Shown here: positions 18,313-26,798 of the stretch, in pieces
How positions within the stretch are numbered: the first letter of the stretch is position 1
Layout: the number at the start of each line of letters is the position of its first letter
NCBI GenBank assembly: GCA_031364845.1
Contig: JANLWX010000131.1
Span: 1-31,467, forward strand
Length of the DNA: 31,467 nt
Direction: 5' to 3'
Source: Candidatus Eiseniibacteriota bacterium
GTDB lineage: Bacteria; Eisenbacteria; RBG-16-71-46
Position numbers and translations under genes: made by a program
The notes under the pieces: model-generated
What the model was told of the DNA's origin: nothing
Database searches by the model: none
What the model saw: the letters and a program-made list of their open reading frames with translations, nothing else

Positions 18313-19907
18313 CCGCACGCGCGGCGGATGTGATCGTGATCGGGGCCGGAGCGAACGGCCTCGTTGCCGCCACGGTGCTGGCGCAGGCCGGGCTCCAAGT
18401 GCTGGTGCTCGAGGTCGAGGACCAAGCGGGCGGTCAGGCCCGCGAGTTGGAGTTTGCGCCCGGGTTCCGCGCGGCGCCGCTCGCGATCGAGGGCGGCTGG
18501 CTGCCGTCGCCGATCGCACGGACGCTCGGGATCGGTAGCCTCGAGTTCGCTCCGGCCGATGCGGCGATCACCGTCATGGCAGAGCCCGGGCGGTTCCTCA
18601 TGCTCTCGCGCGACGCCGGCCGCGCCGCCGAAGCGATACGCGAGTGGTCGAGTACGGATGCGGCGCAATGGCCCGCGTTCACGACACAGCTCCACCGCCT
18701 TGCCGAGTTCCTCGGGGCGCTCTACATGCTGCCGGCCCCCGATATCGACACGCGCGCGCCGGGTGAGTTGCTGGCTCTTGCGGGACTCGGGCGGAAGTTC
18801 CGCGGTCTCGGGCCTGCCGACATGATCGAGTTCCTCCGCATGCTTCCGATGTCGGTGTGCGAGTTGCTCGACGACCGGTTCGAGTGCGAGCCCCTCAAGG
18901 CCGCGATCGCGCCGGGCGGGGTGCTGGAACACAGCCAGGGCCCGCGCTCGGGCGGGACCGGATTCGTCCTGCTCCATCATCTGGTCGGAGCACCGTCCGG
19001 TTCGGTGCGCGGCCGGTTGCCGTGGCGCGGTGGGCCGGCGGCGTTCACCCAGGCGGCAGAAGCCGCCGCGCGGAAGGCCGGGGCGAAACTCAGGACCGGG
19101 GCCACCGTCGCGCGGATTCTGGTGAAGGACGACGCGGTTGCCGGCGTGACGCTCGCGGGCGGCGAAGAGATCGCTGCCCGCGCGGTGCTCTCGACCGCGG
19201 CACCGGCGACCACGCTGCTCGATTGGGTGGACCCGGTGTGGCTCGATCCCGAGTTCGCCCACGCGGTGTCGAACGTACGCCACCGCGGCTGCACCGCGTT
19301 CGTGCTCTACGCGCTCGATGAACTGCCCGAGATCCGCGGTCTCTCTACAGAGGGGCGTGCGGGCATCGTATCGCTCACGAGCAGCATGGTGGCGCTCGAG
19401 AAGGCGGCCGATGCCGCCAAGTACGGTGCGGTGTCGGAGCGGCCGCACGTTGAGATCACCGTGCCCACATTGCGATCGCCGCAGCTGGCACCCGCCGGAA
19501 GTCACGTGATGGTGGCGCGGGTTCAATACGCGCCCTACCGCCTGGATGATGGGGCCACGTGGGACGACGCGCGGCGCGAGAGTCTGATGGCGCGCGTGGA
19601 CGCGGCGATCGAGGAGTGCGCACCGGGGTTCGCCTCGCACGTGCTGCATCGCGTCGCGCTCACACCGGCCGACCTCGAGCGGCACTTTGGTCTCCGCGAG
19701 GGCGCGGCGTCGCAGGGCGAGCTGGGACTGGACCAGATCCTGTTCATGCGGCCGGTGGCGGGTTTCGGCCGGCATACGACGCCGATCGGCGGACTCTATC
19801 TGGGTGGTGCGGGCACCCATCCCGGACCCGGAGTCGTGGGCGGGCCGGGATGGCTCGCCGCGCGCCGCATGCTGGAGAATCCGAGGCGCCGGGGAGATTC
19901 CCGATGA
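18309..19907 (+). CDS. Phytoene desaturase-like NAD(P)/FAD oxidoreductase, copy 2 (divergent paralog)
   Basis: ATGA overlap. DVIVIGAGANGL, FVLLHH, EKAADAAKYG, QGELGLDQILFMRP and GAGTHPGPGVVG. Confidence 0.88.
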   Translation: MTARAADVIVIGAGANGLVAATVLAQAGLQVLVLEVEDQAGGQARELEFAPGFRAAPLAIEGGWLPSPIARTLGIGSLEFAPADAAITVMAEPGRFLMLSRDAGRAAEAIREWSSTDAAQWPAFTTQLHRLAEFLGALYMLPAPDIDTRAPGELLALAGLGRKFRGLGPADMIEFLRMLPMSVCELLDDRFECEPLKAAIAPGGVLEHSQGPRSGGTGFVLLHHLVGAPSGSVRGRLPWRGGPAAFTQAAEAAARKAGAKLRTGATVARILVKDDAVAGVTLAGGEEIAARAVLSTAAPATTLLDWVDPVWLDPEFAHAVSNVRHRGCTAFVLYALDELPEIRGLSTEGRAGIVSLTSSMVALEKAADAAKYGAVSERPHVEITVPTLRSPQLAPAGSHVMVARVQYAPYRLDDGATWDDARRESLMARVDAAIEECAPGFASHVLHRVALTPADLERHFGLREGAASQGELGLDQILFMRPVAGFGRHTTPIGGLYLGGAGTHPGPGVVGGPGWLAARRMLENPRRRGDSR

Positions 19908-21028
19908 CCGAATTCCACCGTACCGCGACCACCTACCGGCCCGGAGCGCACACGCTGCCCGGTGAGTACTACACGTCGGACGTGATCCACGCCGAGGAGC
20001 GCGAGCGCCTCTTCGCGCGCGGCTGGAACTGCGCGGGACGTGCGACCGCGATCGAGAAACCCGGTGACTTCATGGTGCGCGAGGTCGCGGGAGAGTCGCT
20101 GATCGTCACCCGGGACCGTGAGGACAAGGTTCGCGCGTTCTTCAATGTGTGCCGCCACCGTGGCACCCGGATCTGCCTCGAGTCATCGGGCCACTTCAAC
20201 GAATCGATCCAGTGCCCCTACCACGCCTGGACCTACGGGACCGACGGTCGCCTCATCGGCGCGCCGCACATGCACGAAGTGGCGGGGTTCGACAAGGCCG
20301 ACTATCCGCTGCACGAGGCGGCGGTCGCCGAGTGGGACGGCTTCGTCTTCGTCAACATCGACCGCGGCTCGCCGTCGTTCGAAGCCACGTGGGCCACGAT
20401 GCGCGGCCGGCTCGCGCGTTACGGCATCGGGAAGCTCGTGGTCGGCCATCGGGTGCGCTACGACGTGCGGGCCAACTGGAAACTGGTGTTCCAGAACTAC
20501 TCCGAGTGCCTGCACTGTCCGACCATTCACCCCAAGCTCGCCACGGTGCTGCCCTATCAGAGCGGGGCGAACGATCTGATCGAGGGCGCGTTCCTGGGTG
20601 GCTACATGGAGATCAAGGCGCCGAACGAAAGCGCCACCATGACCGGGCGCGCATGCGGGCGGCGCGTGAGCGATACCGTTCCCGAATCGGACTGGCGCCG
20701 TGCTTACTACTACACGCTCATGCCGAATCTGCTGCTGAGCGTGCACCCGGACTACGTCAACTACTATCTCGTCCATCCGGTCGCCGCCGATCGGACCGTG
20801 GTGGAGTCGGAGTGGTTGTTCCACCCCGACGTGCTGGCGAGCGGCGAGAACAACATCCAGGACGCGATCGAATTCTGGGACCTCACCAACCGGCAGGACT
20901 GGGACATCGTCGAGCGCAGCCAGCTCGGGATCGCATCGCGGCGCTACGAGCCGGGACCTTATTCACCGCGCGAGAGCATGCCGGCGGCGTGGGACCGTGA
21001 GTATCTGAGGACGATGGGCCGGGAGTGA
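19904..21028 (+). CDS. Rieske non-heme iron oxygenase alpha subunit (GbcA/Stc2/choline monooxygenase-like)
   Basis: ATGA overlap. Rieske motif NVCRHRG...CPYHAWTY; mononuclear Fe motif ANWKLVFQNYSECLHCPTIH; QDWDIVE. Confidence 0.9.
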   Translation: MTEFHRTATTYRPGAHTLPGEYYTSDVIHAEERERLFARGWNCAGRATAIEKPGDFMVREVAGESLIVTRDREDKVRAFFNVCRHRGTRICLESSGHFNESIQCPYHAWTYGTDGRLIGAPHMHEVAGFDKADYPLHEAAVAEWDGFVFVNIDRGSPSFEATWATMRGRLARYGIGKLVVGHRVRYDVRANWKLVFQNYSECLHCPTIHPKLATVLPYQSGANDLIEGAFLGGYMEIKAPNESATMTGRACGRRVSDTVPESDWRRAYYYTLMPNLLLSVHPDYVNYYLVHPVAADRTVVESEWLFHPDVLASGENNIQDAIEFWDLTNRQDWDIVERSQLGIASRRYEPGPYSPRESMPAAWDREYLRTMGRE

Positions 21029-21109
21029 GCGGGTTCAGGACACCGGCCTGATCGAATAGCGCATCGCCGGCCGCGATCCACGAATCCGGATGGCGACCCA
21101 CGCTCGGCG

Positions 21110-21454
21110 TCACGACGCGCCTCGTGGCACCCACCAGAGCGCGCCTTCGCGAACCTCGACCGTGAGCGGCGTGAGCCGCGCGCCGACGCACGGGCCCTCG
21201 AAGCACTCGCCGGTCTCCGGCCGGTAGCGCGCGCCGTGCTGGCAGCACACGATCGCATCGTATTCGTCGTCGAAGAACCGCGCGTCGCCGAAGTCGAGCG
21301 GCAGCGACTGATGCCGGCAGGTGTTGACGTAGGCGTGGAGCGCGCCCTTGTAGCGCACGACGAACGCGTCGCGGGTGACGCCATGCAGCGTCGCCTGGAA
21401 CCTGAGGCCTCCGCCTTCACGCAGGCGGCTCGCGTCCGCGAGGATCATGTGCAT
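21110..21454 (-). CDS. Small Rieske [2Fe-2S] ferredoxin
   Basis: AYVNTCRH...IVCCQHGARY...GECFEGPC. Start at 21454 or 21448. Confidence 0.85.
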   Translation of the reverse strand: MHMILADASRLREGGGLRFQATLHGVTRDAFVVRYKGALHAYVNTCRHQSLPLDFGDARFFDDEYDAIVCCQHGARYRPETGECFEGPCVGARLTPLTVEVREGALWWVPRGAS

Positions 21455-21577
21455 CGCTCGACACTGGCCGAAGGCGCGCGGTCGTGGCAAGATGGCCGTG
21501 CGGAAACTCCGGGCGGCGAGGGCCGCCGCCGCGACAGCATCCGCCTCCCTGATGACCCGTCCCGAGGAGCGTTGACC

Positions 21578-22150
21578 GTGACCGCATCTTCGTTGATCGC
21601 CGCATTCGGCAGCAGCGCCGTCCAGCCGGGCGATCCGGCCTACGATCTCGCGCTGGCACTTGGCCGCGAGATCGCGCGCGCCGGAGCGACCGTGATGACA
21701 GGCGGTTACAACGGAACGATGGAGGCCTGCTCGAAGGGCGCGCACGAGGCCGGCGGGCATGTGATCGGGGTGACGGTCGAGCTGTTCGAGAAGCGCGGAC
21801 CGGTGAACGCGTGGGTCAAGGAGCGCGTGCACACCGCGGACCTCTACGAGCGGCTGCGCTATCTCGTGGACCGCGCCGACGGCTTCATCGTGCTGCCGGG
21901 AAGCATCGGCACGCTCAACGAGTTGTTCCTCACGTGGACGCTGGTCGCGACCGGCGGCCGCCACGCGGCGCCGATCGTGCTGCTAGGGGCGCACTGGCGC
22001 GAGTTCGTCGCAGCACTCCGTCATCCGGACATGGTGGTCCCGCATCTGTTCCAGCATCTGCACGTCACCGAGGATCCCGCCGAAGCGGTGCGACTCGCGT
22101 TGGGCACGACCGCGGCTCGCGCGGATGGCGCGGGCGTGGGGAAGGCCTAG
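21578..22150 (+). CDS. LOG family protein (nucleoside monophosphate phosphoribohydrolase-like)
   Basis: GAGGAG RBS with GTG start. FGSS, TGGYNGTMEA, LYERL and PGSIGTLNE (PGGxGTxxE variant). Confidence 0.85.
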   Translation: MTASSLIAAFGSSAVQPGDPAYDLALALGREIARAGATVMTGGYNGTMEACSKGAHEAGGHVIGVTVELFEKRGPVNAWVKERVHTADLYERLRYLVDRADGFIVLPGSIGTLNELFLTWTLVATGGRHAAPIVLLGAHWREFVAALRHPDMVVPHLFQHLHVTEDPAEAVRLALGTTAARADGAGVGKA

Positions 22151-22154
22151 GACG

Positions 22155-23327
22155 ATGTCGGCCACGACCTCGCACGATCCGCTGCTCGAGTGGCGCCGTG
22201 AATTCCCGACGGTGGAGTCGACGCTCCATTTCATCTCGCATTCGCTGGGCGCGATGCCGCGATCGGTCGACGAGGCGCTGCGGCTCTATGCGCATCAATG
22301 GAAGGCACGCGGCATCCGCGCGTGGGACGAGGGCTGGTTCGCGCTGCCGACCGAGGTCGGCGATCTGCTGGGCGGCATCATCGGCGCCGCACCGGGCACC
22401 GTGACGATGCTCGAGAACTGCACGAGTGCCCAGAACGTCGCGCTGTCCGCGATCGATTTCAAGGCGCCGCGCAATCGTCTCGTGTGCACGGCCGAGGACT
22501 TCCCGTCGGTGCTCTATCTGTACGAGGGCCTCGAGCGCCGCGGGGCCGAGATCGTGCGAGTGCCCGCGCGGGAGAACCGCGAGATCGCCGAGGACGATAT
22601 CCTGGCCGCGATCGACGAGCGCACGGCGGTCGTCGCGATCTCACTCGTGATGTTCCGCACGTCGCAGGTGATCGACGTCCAGCGCATCATCGAGCGCGCG
22701 CACGCGATGGGCGCGCTCGTCATGCTCGACGCCTACCAGGCGGTCGGCTCGATTCCGCTCGATGTTGCCGCGATGGACGTGGACCTGCTGACGGGGGGCT
22801 CGGTGAAGTGGCTGTGCGGAGGTCCGGGCGCCGGCTACCTCTACGTCAGCCCTCGCGTTGCCCGCACACTCGAGCCCGCGGTCACCGGCTGGATGGCGCA
22901 CGAGCGGCCGTTCGATTTCGACTCGGGCCCGATCGAGCGTCACGCGGGCCCACGAAGATTCTGGGTCGGAACTCCGGGCATTGCGGCCTTCACGTGCGCG
23001 CGCGAGGGGTACGAGATCGTGGCGCGCATCGGCACCGCGGCGATCCGCGACAAGTCGCTGCGCCAGACGGCGCGCATGCTGGGCCACGCCGACGAGTACG
23101 GATTTCGCGTGGTGTCCCCGCGCGCGCCGGAACGGCGCGGAGGGACGGTCGTGTTCGACGTTCCGAACGCCCAGCAAGTGTGCGAAACGTTGCTGGCGCA
23201 GGATGTGCTGCTCGATTTCCGTCCGGGCGTGGGACTGCGGCTTGCGCCGCACTTCTACACCCGCGACGATGAGACGGACATGGTGATGAAGCGCGTGCGC
23301 GACGAGGTCGCCAAGGCGAAGCACTGA
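22155..23327 (+). CDS. PLP-dependent class V aminotransferase-fold enzyme, kynureninase-like
   Basis: WRREFP, SHSLGAMP, DFPS, DAYQAVG, GGSVKWLCGGPG (PLP Lys), GWMAH, RRGG and APHFY. Confidence 0.8.
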   Translation: MSATTSHDPLLEWRREFPTVESTLHFISHSLGAMPRSVDEALRLYAHQWKARGIRAWDEGWFALPTEVGDLLGGIIGAAPGTVTMLENCTSAQNVALSAIDFKAPRNRLVCTAEDFPSVLYLYEGLERRGAEIVRVPARENREIAEDDILAAIDERTAVVAISLVMFRTSQVIDVQRIIERAHAMGALVMLDAYQAVGSIPLDVAAMDVDLLTGGSVKWLCGGPGAGYLYVSPRVARTLEPAVTGWMAHERPFDFDSGPIERHAGPRRFWVGTPGIAAFTCAREGYEIVARIGTAAIRDKSLRQTARMLGHADEYGFRVVSPRAPERRGGTVVFDVPNAQQVCETLLAQDVLLDFRPGVGLRLAPHFYTRDDETDMVMKRVRDEVAKAKH

Positions 23328-23379
23328 TGCGTCACTCCGGGCGCATCGCGCCCGGATGCCGTGACGGGAGGATGTCGAT

Positions 23380-24189
23380 ATGGGAGCAACGGAAGTGACC
23401 GAAGCACGCGACACGAAGCCGCTCGGAATCGTGCGCGAGCCGAGCGTGCACCTCGTCGGACGCCAGACCATCGATCCCGCGGCGATCGATCAGTTCCTCG
23501 GCGACCATGGTGCCACGTGGAAGACCGACACCGAAGTCGGTGGCGAGCAGCTCGCCGAACTCGCGGGCCGCGTGTGTTACATGTCGTACGGCAAGGGCCG
23601 CCGCACGAACCGCGAATTCATCGAGCACATCGTCGAGGTCGGCCACGGCTCGGTGCTGGAGCACGCGGTGTGGAGCTTTCTGATCACTGGCGTGTCGCGC
23701 TCGTTCACGCACGAGCTGATCCGCCACCGGCACTTCTCCTATTCGCAGCTCTCGCAGCGTTACGTCGACGAGTCCAACTCGGACTTCATCGAACCCGACG
23801 TGATCGCGGAGGATCCGGACCTCCACGCCATCTGGTCGCGCGCCGTAAACGCGACCCGCGAGGCCTACGACCAACTGGTGGCGGGGATGGAGCACAAGTT
23901 CGGCGACGTCGCCGACAAGACGCTGCGCCGCAAGCTGGCGCGCCAGGCGGCGCGCTCAGTTTTGCCTAACGCCACGGAGACAAAAATCTTCGTCACCGGC
24001 AATGCCCGCGCGCTGCGGCATTTCATCGAGCTGCGCGGCAGCGAGCATGCCGATGTCGAGATCCGCAAGGTCGCGGTCGCGATGCTGAAGCTGATGCAGC
24101 AGGAGGCCCCCGCGATGTTCGGCGACTACACACTGGTGCCGCTTGCCGACGGCAGCTTCGCCACGCACACGGTGCATCCGAAGATCTGA
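23380..24189 (+). CDS. thyX: FAD-dependent thymidylate synthase
   Basis: ELAGRVCYMS, GHGSVLEH, signature RHRHFSYSQLSQRY, ARSVLPNAT and HADVEIR. Confidence 0.95.
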   Translation: MGATEVTEARDTKPLGIVREPSVHLVGRQTIDPAAIDQFLGDHGATWKTDTEVGGEQLAELAGRVCYMSYGKGRRTNREFIEHIVEVGHGSVLEHAVWSFLITGVSRSFTHELIRHRHFSYSQLSQRYVDESNSDFIEPDVIAEDPDLHAIWSRAVNATREAYDQLVAGMEHKFGDVADKTLRRKLARQAARSVLPNATETKIFVTGNARALRHFIELRGSEHADVEIRKVAVAMLKLMQQEAPAMFGDYTLVPLADGSFATHTVHPKI

Positions 24190-24271
24190 TTCCGGCGGGC
24201 TGCCGGCGCGGAAACGCCCATGAGCTCGCGCGCCTTTGCTGAGTGCGGGCGCGCAGGAAGGTGCCGATGAC

Positions 24272-25093
24272 GTGGAACTGAGGACCACGGTCCATCCGGT
24301 GACGCGCGTGACCGGCAGCTCGGCGACGCGGCTCGACGACCGCATCGCGGTCGAGCGTCCGCTCGCGATCGAAGTCGGGGGGCGTTCGCTCGCGGTGACG
24401 CTGCGCACGCCGGGGCACGACCGCGAACTGGCGCTGGGATTCCTCGCCGCGGAGAAAGTGATCCGCGCGCGCGCCGACGTGACACGTGCCGCCGAACGCC
24501 TCGGCACCTGCGCCGAGGAATCGGACGCGATCGAAATCGAGCTGGCCGTGGGTGTGGCGCTCGACTGGAGCAAGCTCGAACGCCACTTCGCCTCGACCTC
24601 GGCGTGCGGTCTGTGCGGTCGCGCGCACCTCGACTCGCTGCGCGCGGGCCTCGCCGCGGCGCCGGCGGGCGAACCGTTCGGAGCGGAAGCCCTGCTCGCG
24701 CTGCCCGCGCGCCTGCGCGCGGCACAGGAGGCGTTCACCGCGACCGGCGGCATCCACGCCGCGGCATGGTGCGACGCGACGCTCGAAGTTCACGTGCTGC
24801 GCGAGGATGTCGGCCGTCACAACGCCGTCGACAAGGTGTGCGGCTGGCTGCTCGAAGCGGGCCGCTATCCGGCGCCCGCCGGGATTCTGTGGGTGAGTGG
24901 CCGCGCGGGAGCCGAGATCGTGCTCAAGGCCGCGCGCGCGCGGATTCCGGTGCTGGTCGCGGTCGGTGCGCCGTCGTCGCTCGCCGTCGAGCTGGCAGTG
25001 GCCGCGCGCATGACGCTGATCGGATTCCTGCGCGAAGGGCGCATGAACATCTACTGCGGCGAGGAGCGAGTGGCGGGCGCCCGCATGCGGTAG
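24272..25093 (+). CDS. fdhD: Formate dehydrogenase accessory sulfurtransferase FdhD
   Basis: TLRTPGHDRELALGFL, TSACGLCG, TGGIHAA, REDVGRHNAVDK, SGRAG and GAPSSLA. Start uncertain (GTG 24272 or TTG 24236). Confidence 0.9.
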   Translation: MELRTTVHPVTRVTGSSATRLDDRIAVERPLAIEVGGRSLAVTLRTPGHDRELALGFLAAEKVIRARADVTRAAERLGTCAEESDAIEIELAVGVALDWSKLERHFASTSACGLCGRAHLDSLRAGLAAAPAGEPFGAEALLALPARLRAAQEAFTATGGIHAAAWCDATLEVHVLREDVGRHNAVDKVCGWLLEAGRYPAPAGILWVSGRAGAEIVLKAARARIPVLVAVGAPSSLAVELAVAARMTLIGFLREGRMNIYCGEERVAGARMR

Positions 25094-25104
25094 GATGCGC
25101 GCCC

Positions 25105-26796
25105 ATGTCCTCGACCACCACCGACCTCGACGTCCATCGTTTCCTGCACCAGACCCGCTCGCAGCTCGCCGGCGTGCGCGAGCCGGAGAAGGTGCTGCGC
25201 TACGTGTTGCGTGCCACGCTTGAGCACTTCGAGGCCGACCGCTCGGCGATCGCCGTGCTGGAGCCGGGCATGGAGCAGGCGGCTCCGGTGTTCGTGTATC
25301 CCGAGGGCGCCGCGTGTGATCTCGCGCTCATCACGACGCTGCTCGAGAACCGCCAGGCGCCGGTGCCCTCGGGCACCGTGGTCGCGCGTCTCGAGCGGCG
25401 CGGGCGGCCGTGGGGGATGATCGTGCTCGAAAAGGATTCTGGCCGCTTCCCGGACGGGGCGCCGCGCGCGCTGGCGATCGTGGCGTCCGAGATCTCCGAG
25501 CATGTTCAGCGCCTCGATCGCGAGCGGCTGTCGGAAGTGCGCTCGCGCATCGACGGCAAGATGATGCGCGAGCTGCCGCCCAAGGATCTCTACTATCAGA
25601 TCCTGGATGGACTCCATCAGCTCACGCGCTACGACCACTCGGCAGCACTGTGGATCTGGAATCCCGGGCAGTCGGCGCTCGAGCTGGTCGCCGAGCAGGT
25701 GGCGTATCAGAAGGGTAAGAGCACGCTGATCGGCACCACGGTGTCGCTCACCGCCGATCTCGCGAAGCTGCTCGGCGATGGTGTGGTCTTTGGCTTCGAT
25801 CACGGCGTGGCCGGGTGGAACGAGTGGACGGCACTCGGCGCCACCCCGCTCGCAGAGCTGCTCGATTCGAGCGGGCTTGGTGCCCCGCCGCGGCCCGACG
25901 AGGGCGCGATGCTGGTGGCGGCACTCGGCACGCGCCAGGGACCGCTCGGAATCCTCAAAGTGTCGGAGCTCCATCGCGGATCGTTCGCCGAATGGGAGCG
26001 CGGCATCGTCGAGCGCTTCACGCTGCTCGCCTCGCTGGCGCTCCAGCGGGCCCAGACGATTGAGACGCTGCAGGAGCGCATGCTCAAGATCGAGCGCCAG
26101 AACGCGCTCGCTCATCTGGCGCGCGGCGTCGCGCACGACGTGAACAACGCGCTCGGGGAGGTGCTTCCGCTGGTGCAGCAGATGCGCGTCGAACTCGACG
26201 CCGGCCGCCTCGATCCGGCGCTGCTCGGCGATGACCTCGAGCGGGTCGAAGGTTCGCTGCAGCTCACGCGCGAGATCTTCGGCCGCATGCTGCGCTTCGC
26301 GCGCGGCACCAACCGCGTGGCGGGAGCGGCGGATGTTCCGCGCGCGGTGACGAGCGCGTGCGATCTGCTGCGCGACGGCCTCGCCAAGCAGAAGGTCGCG
26401 CTGATCGTGCAGATGCCCGACGGCCTGCCGCCGGTGCGGTGCGGCCCGAGCGATCTCGAGCGGCTGTTCTTCAACCTGCTCAGCAACGCGCGCGACGCGA
26501 TGCCGGGCGGCGGCACGCTCACGATTGAAGCCCATGGCGCGGCTTCAATGCTCGAGATCACCGTCGTCGACACCGGCATCGGCATGCCGCCCGAGATGCT
26601 GCGCGAGATCGAACGGCCGTTCTTCACCACGAAGGAGCACGGCTCGGGGCTCGGTCTCTCGACCTGCCGCTCGATCGTGTCCGAGGCCGGCGGCGAGCTG
26701 ACGATCGAGAGTTCGGTCGGCGTCGGAACCCGCGTGTTGCTGAGGCTGCCGCGCATCGCCGAGGACGCGTCCGTGTCCGTGATGACGGAGTCGTAA
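25105..26796 (+). CDS. Cytoplasmic sensor histidine kinase with probable tandem GAF-like domains
   Basis: H-box GVAHDVNNAL, N-box NLLSNARDAM, DTGIGM and FFTTKEHGSGLGLS. No obvious TM segment. Confidence 0.88.
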   Translation: MSSTTTDLDVHRFLHQTRSQLAGVREPEKVLRYVLRATLEHFEADRSAIAVLEPGMEQAAPVFVYPEGAACDLALITTLLENRQAPVPSGTVVARLERRGRPWGMIVLEKDSGRFPDGAPRALAIVASEISEHVQRLDRERLSEVRSRIDGKMMRELPPKDLYYQILDGLHQLTRYDHSAALWIWNPGQSALELVAEQVAYQKGKSTLIGTTVSLTADLAKLLGDGVVFGFDHGVAGWNEWTALGATPLAELLDSSGLGAPPRPDEGAMLVAALGTRQGPLGILKVSELHRGSFAEWERGIVERFTLLASLALQRAQTIETLQERMLKIERQNALAHLARGVAHDVNNALGEVLPLVQQMRVELDAGRLDPALLGDDLERVEGSLQLTREIFGRMLRFARGTNRVAGAADVPRAVTSACDLLRDGLAKQKVALIVQMPDGLPPVRCGPSDLERLFFNLLSNARDAMPGGGTLTIEAHGAASMLEITVVDTGIGMPPEMLREIERPFFTTKEHGSGLGLSTCRSIVSEAGGELTIESSVGVGTRVLLRLPRIAEDASVSVMTES

Positions 26797-26798
26797 AC

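Noticed and set aside
16732..19907. Carotenoid biosynthesis genes (crtI/crtO)
   Set aside because: No crtB, crtE or crtY in the window; coupling to aminomethyltransferase and Rieske genes argues for another role.
24220..24270. 16-aa ORF upstream of fdhD as a leader peptide or frameshifted N-terminus
   Set aside because: No informative composition, and fdhD is complete from GTG 24272 with a plausible RBS.
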